Of a stretch of DNA of 64,000 bases, positions 1 through 9,535 are shown in pieces. Within the stretch, counting starts at the first letter, position 1; each line of letters opens with the position of its first letter. Source of the DNA: an uncultured Verrucomicrobiae bacterium. Lineage in GTDB: Bacteria; Verrucomicrobiota; Verrucomicrobiia; Chthoniobacterales; UBA10450. Both the position numbers and the translations under genes were made by a program. The notes beneath the pieces are model-generated. The model saw nothing but the letters and a program-made list of their open reading frames with translations. It ran no database searches and was not told the origin of the DNA. The stretch covers positions 544,001 through 608,000 of the forward strand of contig CAWFGO010000003.1 in the NCBI GenBank assembly GCA_963815455.1, given 5' to 3'.

Positions 1-320
1 ACGACGCGTTCGGCAAAGCGACGATTCTCGATCCCTCGTCACTTGTCACTCGTCCCTCGTCACTGTTTGGTAATCGCTTCACCTTCACCGGAAGGGAATG
101 GTTGCCCGACCTCGGTTTGTACGATTACAGGAACCGCGCGTATTCACCCGAGCTGGGTCGGTTCCTCCAAACCGATCCCAAGAGCTTCGACGCCGATCCG
201 AGCAATCTCTATCGCTACTGCGGTAATGAGCCCATCGATCGCACCGATCCGATGGGTTTGGAAGAGAACAACTACGGCTACGTGAATCCGTTCTACCGGC
301 AGTCTGAGCATCTGAGTGCG
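1..320 (+). repeat. Rhs core direct repeat, copy 1 (copy 2 at ~1690-2012)
   Basis: Bases 1-257 align to 1690-1946 at offset 1689 with high identity; similarity continues to ~320/2012. Confidence 0.9.
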
Positions 321-866
321 TCAGAGCAGATTGAGCGAAACGAATTAGCAAACCAGAACAGCATCGCCGGCGAGCGCGCCTTTCAAGCAATCCAAGCCGA
401 GCGATACGCAAGAGCCGAATCCGCCAGTCGAGGTGGGGGAGGCTTTGCCGGCGGCGGTGGAGTAATTTCGGCCCGCCAGAACATGGCTTATCTGGTGTAC
501 CGAGGGAGGTGGACCGAGGATGACAAGGAACATCTGGAACACGCTTGGAATGAAAAATACCAAGAATGGAAGGAAGATGCTATAGAACACGAAATCCGCC
601 CAGTTCACCGCTTCGGGCTAGTCTTTTTTGGGGTAACAAATGTTTCGCGTCGCGAATTGTCGCTATGGCAACAACTCGTAGCTGCCATGGTCGGTCGTGG
701 GTCAAAGCCTCAGGATGATAAAAAAACGCTGCGGGATTTGATGCAAAAGCGGGAGAGCATCAAAAACAAAAATCGGGAGTTTCGCACGGGAAAGACCGAC
801 CAACGTCTTAGGGAAAGATTGAAGCAGATTGAAAAGGATCCGCAATCGATGGATCCCGAAGACTGA
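1..866 (+). CDS. Rhs repeat-associated core (5' end outside window) plus C-terminal toxin tip of unknown family
   Basis: Frame open from base 3: DAFGKA...GLYDYRNRAYSPELGRFLQTDP...NLYRYCGNEPIDRTDPMG, the Rhs core ending in DPxG, then a unique ~200 aa tip. Confidence 0.85.
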   Translation, partial: DAFGKATILDPSSLVTRPSSLFGNRFTFTGREWLPDLGLYDYRNRAYSPELGRFLQTDPKSFDADPSNLYRYCGNEPIDRTDPMGLEENNYGYVNPFYRQSEHLSASEQIERNELANQNSIAGERAFQAIQAERYARAESASRGGGGFAGGGGVISARQNMAYLVYRGRWTEDDKEHLEHAWNEKYQEWKEDAIEHEIRPVHRFGLVFFGVTNVSRRELSLWQQLVAAMVGRGSKPQDDKKTLRDLMQKRESIKNKNREFRTGKTDQRLRERLKQIEKDPQSMDPED

Positions 867-868
867 CT

Positions 869-1444
869 ATGAGCTCCGACGATTGCAAGGTACTCCACAG
901 AGAACTAGCGGCGGCTGAGGCACGAGGTGACTTTCGAGGGCGGATCAAAGCTTGTCGCAGAGCAATGACAACCGAGTTGGATTCAAATCCAAAAAATCTC
1001 TGGTTCTTCGGAATAAAACTAGTTGCTTGTTTGCTCGCCGACCAAGACCAGCCCAGCGACAAGGATGTTAATGAGGCAATCCAAGTAATGAATCGAATGC
1101 TAACAGTGTTCACAAGGGAAAAACAGCCCAAATACTGGGCGCACGTGCACTTACAGCTCGGAAGGGCTGTCCGCGATCCGAAAGAAGCATTGCTGCACTA
1201 CGAGAAAGCCTTGGAGGTTTTTACAAAAGAAAAGCACCCCGAAGATTGGGCTTTGGCAAAAAAAGCCGCAGGCGAAGTATATTACCACCTTGCTGATTCA
1301 ATCCCTGAACTCAACAAATCGCTAGACTATCATCGCGACGCCCTCACGGTCTTTACGCCGGAAAAATATCCAGATGAGGGTTTGGTCGAGGCGATTGAAA
1401 TGATCGAAAGTGCCATCGCGAAGGCGGGTTCGAGGTCGACTTGA
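869..1444 (+). CDS. TPR-repeat protein, putative immunity protein of the upstream Rhs tip
   Basis: Starts 2 nt after toxin stop; three repeats LTVFTREKQPKYWA / LEVFTKEKHPEDWA / LTVFTPEKYPDE. Confidence 0.65.
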   Translation: MSSDDCKVLHRELAAAEARGDFRGRIKACRRAMTTELDSNPKNLWFFGIKLVACLLADQDQPSDKDVNEAIQVMNRMLTVFTREKQPKYWAHVHLQLGRAVRDPKEALLHYEKALEVFTKEKHPEDWALAKKAAGEVYYHLADSIPELNKSLDYHRDALTVFTPEKYPDEGLVEAIEMIESAIAKAGSRST

Positions 1445-2573
1445 TGGTGAGCCGGACGGTTCGACCGGGAACTTCAGCACGGTCACCTATTTTTATTATG
1501 ACGGCTGGGAATTGATCGAAGAGCACGATGCCAGTGCCACGTTGCTAGCCCGCTACATTCACGGCGCGCGCGAGGATGAACTGATCGCCAAGATCGACAG
1601 CTACGGCACGGTCTATTATCACACCGATGCCGAAGGCAGCGTCGCGGCGCTGACCAATTCGAGTGGCAACGTGATCGAGCGATATAAGTACGATGCGTTC
1701 GGCAAAGCGACGATTCTCGACCCCTCGTCACTCGTCACTCGTCCCTCGTCACTGTTTGGCAATCGTTTCCTGTTTACCGGCCGCGAATGGTTGCCCGACC
1801 TCGGCCTGTACGATTACCGGAATCGCGTTTATTCACCCGAGCTTGGCCGGTTTCTCCAAACTGATCCCAAAAGCTTCGACGCCGACCCGAGCAACCTCTA
1901 CCGGTATTGTGGGAATGATTCATTGGATCGGACCGATCCAATGGGGCTACAGGACGAAAGTTCTTCAGGATATGTGAATCAGTTTTACCGGCAGTCTGAA
2001 CACATGAGCGCAACTGAAATCCTAAGCATGTGGGACCGGCTAGAACGGAGCATGCCGCTCACCATGGGGCAAACAGCAGCCATTAACGAGCAAAAGGCAA
2101 TGGGTGAAGCCGCTGCGCGAGATCGAGAGGGAGTCCAAGCTACCCAAAGATGCATGGACAAAATGGGCGATGCCAAAGCCGGAGTTCCTCGTTCGCAGGT
2201 AGTGCTTATTAATAGCAAGGGCGAGAAAGTTTACAGCGATATCGTGGCGGGGGAAAAACACGGCAAGGGATTCACTGAATCAATCCCATTGGGCCCCGAT
2301 TATTTTGAAGCGTTTAGGTCTGGTGCACAAAAATGGGATCCAAAGAAATGGAGTGTATACGTCATCGGTCACACTCATCCTGATGAGAAATCGGCTGATC
2401 CCCGGATGAGCGGAAAAGATCGGTCTATCTCCCGAAAAGAAAACGCTCCGGTTTACAAGAACCACTTTAACAGCAGTACCATTTTCGATAAGTTTTTCAA
2501 CGGTCGGGAAACTCGGCTAAAAATCGACCGCGGAAACATTAAGGATGTCGGGCCGGATCCAGATTGGCAATGA
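1410..2573 (+). CDS. Orphan Rhs core fragment plus toxin tip with JAB/MPN-like (DUF4329-like) motif; start uncertain
   Basis: TYFYYDGWELIEEHD...YYHTDAEGSV...DPMG core; tip contains VIGHTHP...SGKD (HxH...SxxD). Confidence 0.8.
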   Translation: MPSRRRVRGRLDGEPDGSTGNFSTVTYFYYDGWELIEEHDASATLLARYIHGAREDELIAKIDSYGTVYYHTDAEGSVAALTNSSGNVIERYKYDAFGKATILDPSSLVTRPSSLFGNRFLFTGREWLPDLGLYDYRNRVYSPELGRFLQTDPKSFDADPSNLYRYCGNDSLDRTDPMGLQDESSSGYVNQFYRQSEHMSATEILSMWDRLERSMPLTMGQTAAINEQKAMGEAAARDREGVQATQRCMDKMGDAKAGVPRSQVVLINSKGEKVYSDIVAGEKHGKGFTESIPLGPDYFEAFRSGAQKWDPKKWSVYVIGHTHPDEKSADPRMSGKDRSISRKENAPVYKNHFNSSTIFDKFFNGRETRLKIDRGNIKDVGPDPDWQ

Positions 2574-3244
2574 AAAGACTATTCGTGAGTATAATTTTTG
2601 CGGCGTTAGCAACAGTGGACGCGGCGAGCGCTGCCGAGAAGAAGTCCGATTATCTCGAACCTGTCTTTCGCGACGATCCACTTAACAATAAGCATCTGGA
2701 GCTTGTCACTACCAAGCTCGGAATCACGCCGTTTGATTATGGTAGGCTAATCACAATCCCTTCGTTCGTACCAGAAAGTTGTCTATCGATGTATTCAACT
2801 GTCAAAAGCGACGGGAGAAAGTACTATGTCACATATACTGAAGCCACGTCTTACCTAAGGCGACTAATTTCATTAAGAAAAAAGTCGAAAGAAGATGAAG
2901 GAACTCACGTCAAGAGATTTGACGCCGAAATTTCCAAGGAGACTGCGGAGAAGGTGCGACAGATATGGATGCAAATGCTGAAACAGAAGCGCGTTAGGCC
3001 GCCTTGGAACGAGGTACAGGATCCCATCTTGGAATTTTCGATTCAGAGGTCGGGCAAGCCGCTTCTTGAGGCTCAACTAACGATGCCACCGCTCGGCCCG
3101 AAAACTGAAGCATTGGTCAAGCTGAGCGACGCTCTCTCCGAGTATGCGCAAGCTCCGAATGACCAAAAAGCTCGTGCGATTGGGGAGCAAGCAAAACGGC
3201 TCCTCGAAATGTTGAAACAAGGTCGGGAGAAGGGGTCAGAGTAG
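2570..3244 (+). CDS. Exported protein, putative immunity protein
   Basis: ATGA overlap with toxin stop (2570-2573); signal-peptide-like MKRLFVSIIFAALATVDAASA. Confidence 0.6.
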   Translation: MKRLFVSIIFAALATVDAASAAEKKSDYLEPVFRDDPLNNKHLELVTTKLGITPFDYGRLITIPSFVPESCLSMYSTVKSDGRKYYVTYTEATSYLRRLISLRKKSKEDEGTHVKRFDAEISKETAEKVRQIWMQMLKQKRVRPPWNEVQDPILEFSIQRSGKPLLEAQLTMPPLGPKTEALVKLSDALSEYAQAPNDQKARAIGEQAKRLLEMLKQGREKGSE

Positions 3245-3602
3245 GGTTGCCCTGATTGTACGGACCCGCCTTCGAGGCTGCGGCGCGGCAAGCAGTGGGC
3301 TAAGGGTCAATTCAGTTCAGATGGTTGGCTCCCAATCTGCGTAAATCTGCGAAATCTGCGGTCAGAAACGTTCCTGAGTTCATGCTTTCCTTAGCGATTC
3401 AGAATCCGGTGTAATTCGATGACGCAATGTGTCCTCGCGAGGTCCTTCGGCCGCAAGGCGGCCTCAGGATGACAGAAAGGAAGTGTGGCGCCTTTGGCGC
3501 ATGAAGTTTTAGCAACGCGCTCGGAGATCGCGTTCCACCTGCGGAGCGAAGGGCCCCTTTTCTAGGGCGTGGGGGCTTCGGGGTCAGTGGAGGCTTCCGG
3601 GG

Positions 3603-4982
3603 TCAGAGCTTACTATCGACAGTGGTGGCCACCATTCCTTGCGCGTCCTGGACAACGGGTACGTGCGCGATCGACTCGTCCATTTCGGTGCGGAGGCGCC
3701 GGCCCCAGACGTAGCGCGTTAATAGCACTTTAAGTGTGGCGGTTAGCGGCACAGCTACAATGGGTCCCAGCAGGCCGCCGATGAGCAAGCCCCAGACGAA
3801 AATCGACACGATCACCGTCATCGGGTGCAATCCGACATAGTTTCCGACGATGCGCGGTGCGTAAAACATTCCTTCGAGATTTTGGATCACCACAAAAATA
3901 AGCGTGACCCACAGCGGCCACCAGCCGCCGAATTGAAAAGCAGCGATGAGCACCGCCGGCACCCAGCAAATAACGATGCCGATGTAGGGAATCATGGTCA
4001 GGATCGCGACCATCACGCCGATCAGCGGCGCGAAGCTGAGCCCGATAATGCTGAGGGCGCTGCCGATCAGGACACCATCCACCATGCAAACGAGCAACTG
4101 CCCGCGAAAATACGCGATGATGTAGTAATTGATCTGCGCTAAAACGTCTGCCACTTCATCTTTGAAGGGTGAAGCGCGCAGCGGCAGATATTCTCTCCAA
4201 CTCCTGGAAATGCGCGGGCTCTCCTTTAAAAAGAAAAACAGATAGATCGGCACGAGGATGAGACTAAGCAAAAATCCAGTGATCCCGAGGAATCCGCCGA
4301 TACTTGTCTTGACCAGGTTCCAAAACTTTTCCGCCAGGGTTGGAACATAACGCTCCAGATTTGGAATCTGCTTTTCCACGTAAGCCTGGATGCGTTGGCG
4401 GTCCTGCGATGAAATTTTGGATGGAGTCGGGCCAATGGCTTCTTCGGACGCAGATGTGATCTCCGGCGCCGGAGGTGGACTACTCTCTGGCGACGGGTTC
4501 GGGGAGGGCGTGCCGAGAAGCCAGTTCACCACACTGGCGGTGGGCGATCCAGTCTTGCCATGCGATACCGTGGTTGCCGCGGCGATGTTTCGATTGAATT
4601 GGACCAGAAGATCGACAACGTAATCGCGCGCTTTTTGAGTGTAGGCCGGAAGTTCCTTTGCGAAATTGCTGCTCTGCACCGAGATGGTCGGCCCGAGCCA
4701 CCAAACGAATCCGCCGGTGGCCAGAAAGACGAGCAGAAATATGAACACGATTGCCGGCGTTCGCCCCATCCCGCGCTTGCTCATTCGCGTCACCAACGGG
4801 TCTAGCAAATAGGCAAGGATCGCGGCAATGGCCACCGGGATCAGGATCGGCTGGAGAAAACTCATGACGCTGGCCGTTGCCCAAACCACCGCGCAAGCCG
4901 TGACCACAATGAAGACAACGAAGAACACCGTGAGCGCGGCCCACATCGTCTTTTTCTGCCACGGCGTCGGATAATTGCTCAT
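3603..4982 (-). CDS. AI-2E family (PerM-like) transporter
   Basis: LAYLLDPLV, YFRGQLLVC, IPYIG, PRIVGNYVGLHP and LLGPIVAVPL motifs. Confidence 0.9.
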   Translation of the reverse strand: MSNYPTPWQKKTMWAALTVFFVVFIVVTACAVVWATASVMSFLQPILIPVAIAAILAYLLDPLVTRMSKRGMGRTPAIVFIFLLVFLATGGFVWWLGPTISVQSSNFAKELPAYTQKARDYVVDLLVQFNRNIAAATTVSHGKTGSPTASVVNWLLGTPSPNPSPESSPPPAPEITSASEEAIGPTPSKISSQDRQRIQAYVEKQIPNLERYVPTLAEKFWNLVKTSIGGFLGITGFLLSLILVPIYLFFFLKESPRISRSWREYLPLRASPFKDEVADVLAQINYYIIAYFRGQLLVCMVDGVLIGSALSIIGLSFAPLIGVMVAILTMIPYIGIVICWVPAVLIAAFQFGGWWPLWVTLIFVVIQNLEGMFYAPRIVGNYVGLHPMTVIVSIFVWGLLIGGLLGPIVAVPLTATLKVLLTRYVWGRRLRTEMDESIAHVPVVQDAQGMVATTVDSKL

Positions 4983-4995
4983 TACATTTCAGGCC

Positions 4996-6787
4996 CTACT
5001 TAATCGGATTGGGAATAGGTGACTGGCCTTTGCTGACCTTGGTTTTGGCGTTGTCGATCTTCTCGGCCAGCTTTTTGTTTTCGGGGTCGATAATGAGCGC
5101 TTTCTGCCACGCTTCCAAGGCTTGCGGCACGCGATTGAGCTCCAAATAGGTATCGCCCAAGTGATCGAATACGACGGAATCGTCGCGCGACATGTTCTCC
5201 GCCGCGCGCTGCAAATCGGTTGCGGCCTGCTCGAATTTCCCCTGTCGATACTCGACCCACCCCAGGCTGTCGAGATAAGCGCCGTTATCCGGCTCCGCCT
5301 CCAGCGCGCGCCTGATCATCTGCTCGGCTTCATCGAGATGCATATTGTGCTCGGCCCACATGTAACCGAGATAATTGCAGGCGTCCGCCGAATTGGCCGG
5401 ATCGAGCGCGATCGACTTGCGAAATAAATCCGCGGCCTTCTCGTACAAGCCCGGCCTGCTCCGCCGTTGCGCCGTACTGGAAATAGAATTTCGCGTTTAC
5501 GATTTCGTTGTCTTCCAACTCGGCTTCGTGCAGGGCTTCGGCAAAAGTGGCCAGGGCTTGCTGCGTCTGTTTGGATTCGCGCTGGGCCAGGGCCAGATAA
5601 TAAGCGATTTCCGGCGCGCCCGGGAACCGGTGGCGCGCTTCTGTGAGAACTTTCACCGCGCGCTCCGGATCTTTTACCGGGCCGAGGAGTAATTCCGCCA
5701 GGCGCAAGTAAGTCGTCGCTCGACTTGGGTTGATCAGCACGCACTGCTCGTAGTTGGCCGCCGCTTTCGCAAACGCGGCCTTTGCCTGCTCGGGTTGGTT
5801 TTCCCGCTGGGCCGCTCGCCCTTCATCATCCAGGACCTGGGCCAGCAATTCGTAGGACTGATATTTCTCCGGCTGCGTCTTGATAATCTGCTCCAGCATC
5901 TCGACTGCTTTGGCCCGCTGATTGGTCAGGACAAAGCCGGTCGCGAGTTTCTCCCGGGCATTGGCGTCGTCCGGTTGCAGTTCGAGCACGCGAAGATAAA
6001 GGGGGATTGCTTCATTGATTTGCTGCGAGGCGGCATAAAAATCCGCGACGTCCTTCAAAACCGACGGGTCATCCCCCGCGTGTTCGGCCGCTTTTTTGAA
6101 AATCGCGCTTACCCGTTCGATGTCCGCCGGTTTTTGGTCTGCATCAGTCTTGAAAAGAACGGCGGCGTAAAGTTTTCCGAGCTGCGCCCAGAAAGTCGGA
6201 TCGTCGTTTTGCACCTTCAGCGCTCGATCCAGCGACTGGAGCGCTTTTTTCTCTTCTCCCGCCGCCAGCTCGATTTCGAAAAGGCGTTGGTAAGCATCGA
6301 TGTTGCGCGGGTCGAGGTTAATGGCGCGGTTCGCATAATCGACCGCCTGATCTGTTCGTTTCAGATATTTCGCGTAAATGAAAGCGAGCTGAAGATAAGG
6401 ACCGGAATCTTTCGGGTTGGCCTTGATCGCGTCCTTCAGCACATCGATTGCCTGGGGAAAACTATCCTGCTTCGAAAGCAGGGTGGCGACTTGGACCGCA
6501 AGCTCCGACTGGCCAGGATCGACATTGAGCACTTTGCGGTAGGCCTCGAGCGCTTTGTCCACTTCGCCATTTTCTTCAAATGACCTTCCCTCGACAAAAT
6601 GAGCCAGGGCATCGGCCTGGCGCCCCCCCTCGGGACGAAGAGCCAAATCTTTGGCCGCGACAACGTTAAACGAATCGTCCTGGCGCTGGCTGGTTCCCCG
6701 CGGGCTCCGTGCGGCCGCACCATTGACCAAAAGGACCAGGCCACAAAGAAAATAGCCAAAAAAACGGAGACCCCGGCGCCTGGTCAT
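4996..6787 (-). CDS. Long TPR-repeat exported protein (apparent frameshift near 5448)
   Basis: Two ORFs join into one TPR protein; C-terminal NYLGYMWAE...YLDSLGWV; signal-like N-terminus. Confidence 0.8.
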
Positions 6788-7094
6788 GCATTCGAGTGTA
6801 GCTGGAGCCGGGCCATTCGCAAACCAGCTTGCGCTGCCTAACAATGCGTTGGCCGCAAGCCGGCGCTTACGCCTTGTAACGCAAGCGCTTCTTGTGGCGG
6901 CTCGCTCGCATGCGCTTGCGGCGTTTATGTTTGGAAATTTTCGCTTTACGTCGTTTTTTGAGAGATCCCATATCAGAAGTCGAAAGTCAGATGTCGATCC
7001 AAGCATCTAACCCGCGCGGGCGCAACCTCCTTCTTTTCCACAACGTTCGCGCTGCCGGCCATGTCGCGGCGCTGACTTTGCCGAAAGATCGACA

Positions 7095-8021
7095 TCAGAC
7101 GTTGTCTTCCGGCGCGAGATTACATTCGTGGTCGAGCGTTTCGAATTGCAACGTGGCGTGGTGAATCTGGAATTGGTCGCGCAAATCCCGGGCGGCTCTG
7201 TTCAAGAGAGAACAATCGCAATCATTCACATCTCGCACCAAATGGGCGGTGAGCGCGGTCTCGGTCGTGCTCATGGGCCAGATATGAAGATCGTGCACCG
7301 CCGTCACGTGCGGAAGATCGGTCAGATATTTTCGCACATCGCGAATCTCAATTCCTCGCGGAACGGCTTGCAGGGCAAGGTCGATGGAATCGCGGAGCAG
7401 ACCCCACGTCCCCCAAATGATAGCAGCCGCGATGAGAAGACTAACCACCGGATCGATCCAATGCCAGCCGGTTGCCAGAATCGCAAATCCAGCCAGGACG
7501 ACTCCGAACGAAATTACCGCATCGGCCGCCATGTGCATGAACGCGCCTCGAATATTCAAATCGCGTTTGCGTCCCGACATGAACATCAACGCGGTCGCGC
7601 CATTAACGAGGATCCCGATGGCAGCGATCCAAATCACCGTCGGAGCAACGACTTCAATGTGCACTCGAAATCGATGAATCGCTTCCCAGGCAATCGCGCC
7701 CACGGCAACCAGCAAAAAGATTGCGTTAAACAGGGCCGCGAGAATCGTTGTGCTTCGCCAACCGTAGGTGCGCCGTTCCGTCGGCGCTCTTCGCGCCAGA
7801 GCGCTGGCCGCCCATGCCAGCACCAGCCCGAGAACATCGCTAAGGTTGTGGCCGGCGTCGGCGATCAGCGCCAGCGAATGAGCGAAGATGCCGAAGATGA
7901 CCTGAATGACGACGAAAAGAACGTTCAGCGTCACGCCGACAGCGAAAGCGGCGCCAAAATTCCCCAGGCCTTGACCGCATAGCCCCGCGGCATTGATCCG
8001 GTCGTTGTCCTGGTGATTCAT
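7095..8021 (-). CDS. Cation diffusion facilitator (CzcD/ZitB-like)
   Basis: SLALIADAGHNLSD, NIRGAFMHMAAD, VHDLHIW and HHATLQ motifs. Confidence 0.92.
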   Translation of the reverse strand: MNHQDNDRINAAGLCGQGLGNFGAAFAVGVTLNVLFVVIQVIFGIFAHSLALIADAGHNLSDVLGLVLAWAASALARRAPTERRTYGWRSTTILAALFNAIFLLVAVGAIAWEAIHRFRVHIEVVAPTVIWIAAIGILVNGATALMFMSGRKRDLNIRGAFMHMAADAVISFGVVLAGFAILATGWHWIDPVVSLLIAAAIIWGTWGLLRDSIDLALQAVPRGIEIRDVRKYLTDLPHVTAVHDLHIWPMSTTETALTAHLVRDVNDCDCSLLNRAARDLRDQFQIHHATLQFETLDHECNLAPEDNV

Positions 8022-8046
8022 GTCGATCCTTTTGCCTGATCGGGCG

Positions 8047-8781
8047 CTATTTTTCGAAGAGAATAATCAGCACGCCCACGACAGAGAGCAATACGCCCAT
8101 TAATCCGAGCTCGTACTTCTCCAAGAGACCAAGGTTGATCCGACGCAGGCCCGCCAGGGTAAGCGAAGTGAAAATGATCATGCCCGCGACCGTAGCGATG
8201 GACAGGATCGCTGTGAGCAGCACAAATCCCAGCCACCCGTATCGGATGCCATAAACATAAAACGGGACGAAGCTTTCGCACGGCGAGAAAGTCAGCAGCG
8301 CCAGCAAACTGGTGATGGCAATCCGATCCGACACCGGTGGCGGTAACTCACTGATGGACGGCAATTCCAAAGCATGGTCGTGATCGTGTTCGATCAGGTG
8401 ATGTGCGGCGTGCACCGCCGGATTTTCGCCAATGGCACGACTATGCCCGTGAACTTTGCCCATCATTTGACGATACAAATAGAACAGTCCACAGGAGAGC
8501 AGCGCGCCTCCGGCGATTCGCGGAAACCAACTTCCGATTTTTTCGTGAATCGCAAAGCCGAAGAGCGTAAGAAGAAATCCTAAAGCGGCGGTAAACAACA
8601 CGTGACAGCTACCAGCCAGCGCGGTGATAGCGAGCGTCTTGGAGTGATTCCATCGTTGAGCCCGAGCGGTGAGCACGAACGGCAGCCAATGCGTGGGAAT
8701 GGCGGCGTGGAAAAATGCGACGCCAAAGCCGCTGATGGCGATGGTGGTGAGAACCGCCTCGTCGATTGCATTAGTGTTCAT
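8047..8781 (-). CDS. His-rich membrane protein, RcnA/NicO-like nickel/cobalt transporter
   Basis: FFHAAIPTHW, central His-rich loop, LTFSPCE; co-oriented with the CDF gene. Confidence 0.6.
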   Translation of the reverse strand: MNTNAIDEAVLTTIAISGFGVAFFHAAIPTHWLPFVLTARAQRWNHSKTLAITALAGSCHVLFTAALGFLLTLFGFAIHEKIGSWFPRIAGGALLSCGLFYLYRQMMGKVHGHSRAIGENPAVHAAHHLIEHDHDHALELPSISELPPPVSDRIAITSLLALLTFSPCESFVPFYVYGIRYGWLGFVLLTAILSIATVAGMIIFTSLTLAGLRRINLGLLEKYELGLMGVLLSVVGVLIILFEK

Positions 8782-8856
8782 GCTCGTAATCGTGATGCCC
8801 ATTGAGCATGACCATGATCAGGAGCATGAGCACGAGAAAAATCGGGCTGAACCCTC

Positions 8857-8987
8857 TGTCATCCCGAGCGCAGCGAGGGAGCTCACAACCGTACTTCGAC
8901 CAACCGAGCAATAGTGAATCCAGTCCGCATCCTTGCTCCCGAATGTTGCCTTCGCTCGCGGGTTCCTTCGCTTCGCTCAGGATGACA
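8857..8987. repeat. REP-like palindrome family A (TGTCATCC.GAGCG...CTC.GGATGACA)
   Basis: Inverted arms; further full or half copies at ~3439-3474, 16913-16938, 21503-21596, 23605-23828, 25231-25312, 27687-27794, 44474-44500 and 53659-53754. Confidence 0.85.
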
Positions 8988-9036
8988 TGCATGTTATCCC
9001 GCTTCTCACATGGACCCTGCCATCCAAATTCAAAAA

Positions 9037-9067
9037 ATCGGGCTGGTGGGATTTGAACCCACGGCCT
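9037..9067 (-). repeat. 31 bp duplication of the tRNA-Pro 3' end
   Basis: ATCGGGCTGGTGGGATTTGAACCCACGGCCT is identical at 9037-9067 and 9360-9390. Confidence 0.95.
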
Positions 9068-9091
9068 GTCGCCGCGGCGGCGACCGCTCTC

Positions 9092-9334
9092 CTAGGGTAG
9101 GCTCGATCTGTCGAGTTCGTCACGACCGTGTCCGGTTTTATTATGGCGCTCTCTCTTGAGCGCTTCCGTACACGTTGGAAAACTCTCGGCGTGGACGAGC
9201 ACCCATGGCACGCCTTGTTTCGTTGCCTTTGAATGCCCGGCGTTGTGTCGCCTAAGCCGATCATCGAGATCTTCGCACGATCCGACATAACGCCGTCCGC
9301 TGCTGGCGCTCCGCAGAACGTAGACATGAAACAT
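9092..9334 (-). CDS. Small GIY-YIG nuclease (80 aa)
   Basis: MFHVYVLRS...RRYVGSCEDLDDRLRRHN...EALKRE. Confidence 0.9.
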   Translation of the reverse strand: MFHVYVLRSASSGRRYVGSCEDLDDRLRRHNAGHSKATKQGVPWVLVHAESFPTCTEALKRERHNKTGHGRDELDRSSLP

Positions 9335-9360
9335 GAAGCTTGGGGCCAAAATCCTAGCTA

Positions 9361-9434
9361 TCGGGCTGGTGGGATTTGAACCCACGGCCTCCTGCACCCG
9401 AGGCAGGCGCTCTACCAAGCTGAGCCACAGCCCG
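9361..9434 (-). tRNA. tRNA-Pro(CGG)
   Basis: Reverse complement CGGGCTGTGGCTCAGCTTGGTAGAGCGCCTGCCT-CGG-GTGCAGGAGGCCGTGGGTTCAAATCCCACCAGCCCGA folds as a cloverleaf. Confidence 0.95.
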
Positions 9435-9535
9435 TTCCAGCGAAACGACGCAGCGCACTCTACTCATGCGCCCGTTGCAATCGCGGCGTCACTCTTCGCC
9501 TGTTTTGATGTCGATGGCAAGCCGCCACCGGCGAA

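Noticed and set aside
3245..3602. Riboswitch or ncRNA in the structured intergenic region
   Set aside because: Explained by fragments of several repeat families between convergent genes
9092..9418. 108 aa version of the GIY-YIG ORF
   Set aside because: The extra N-terminus is read through the tRNA-Pro gene
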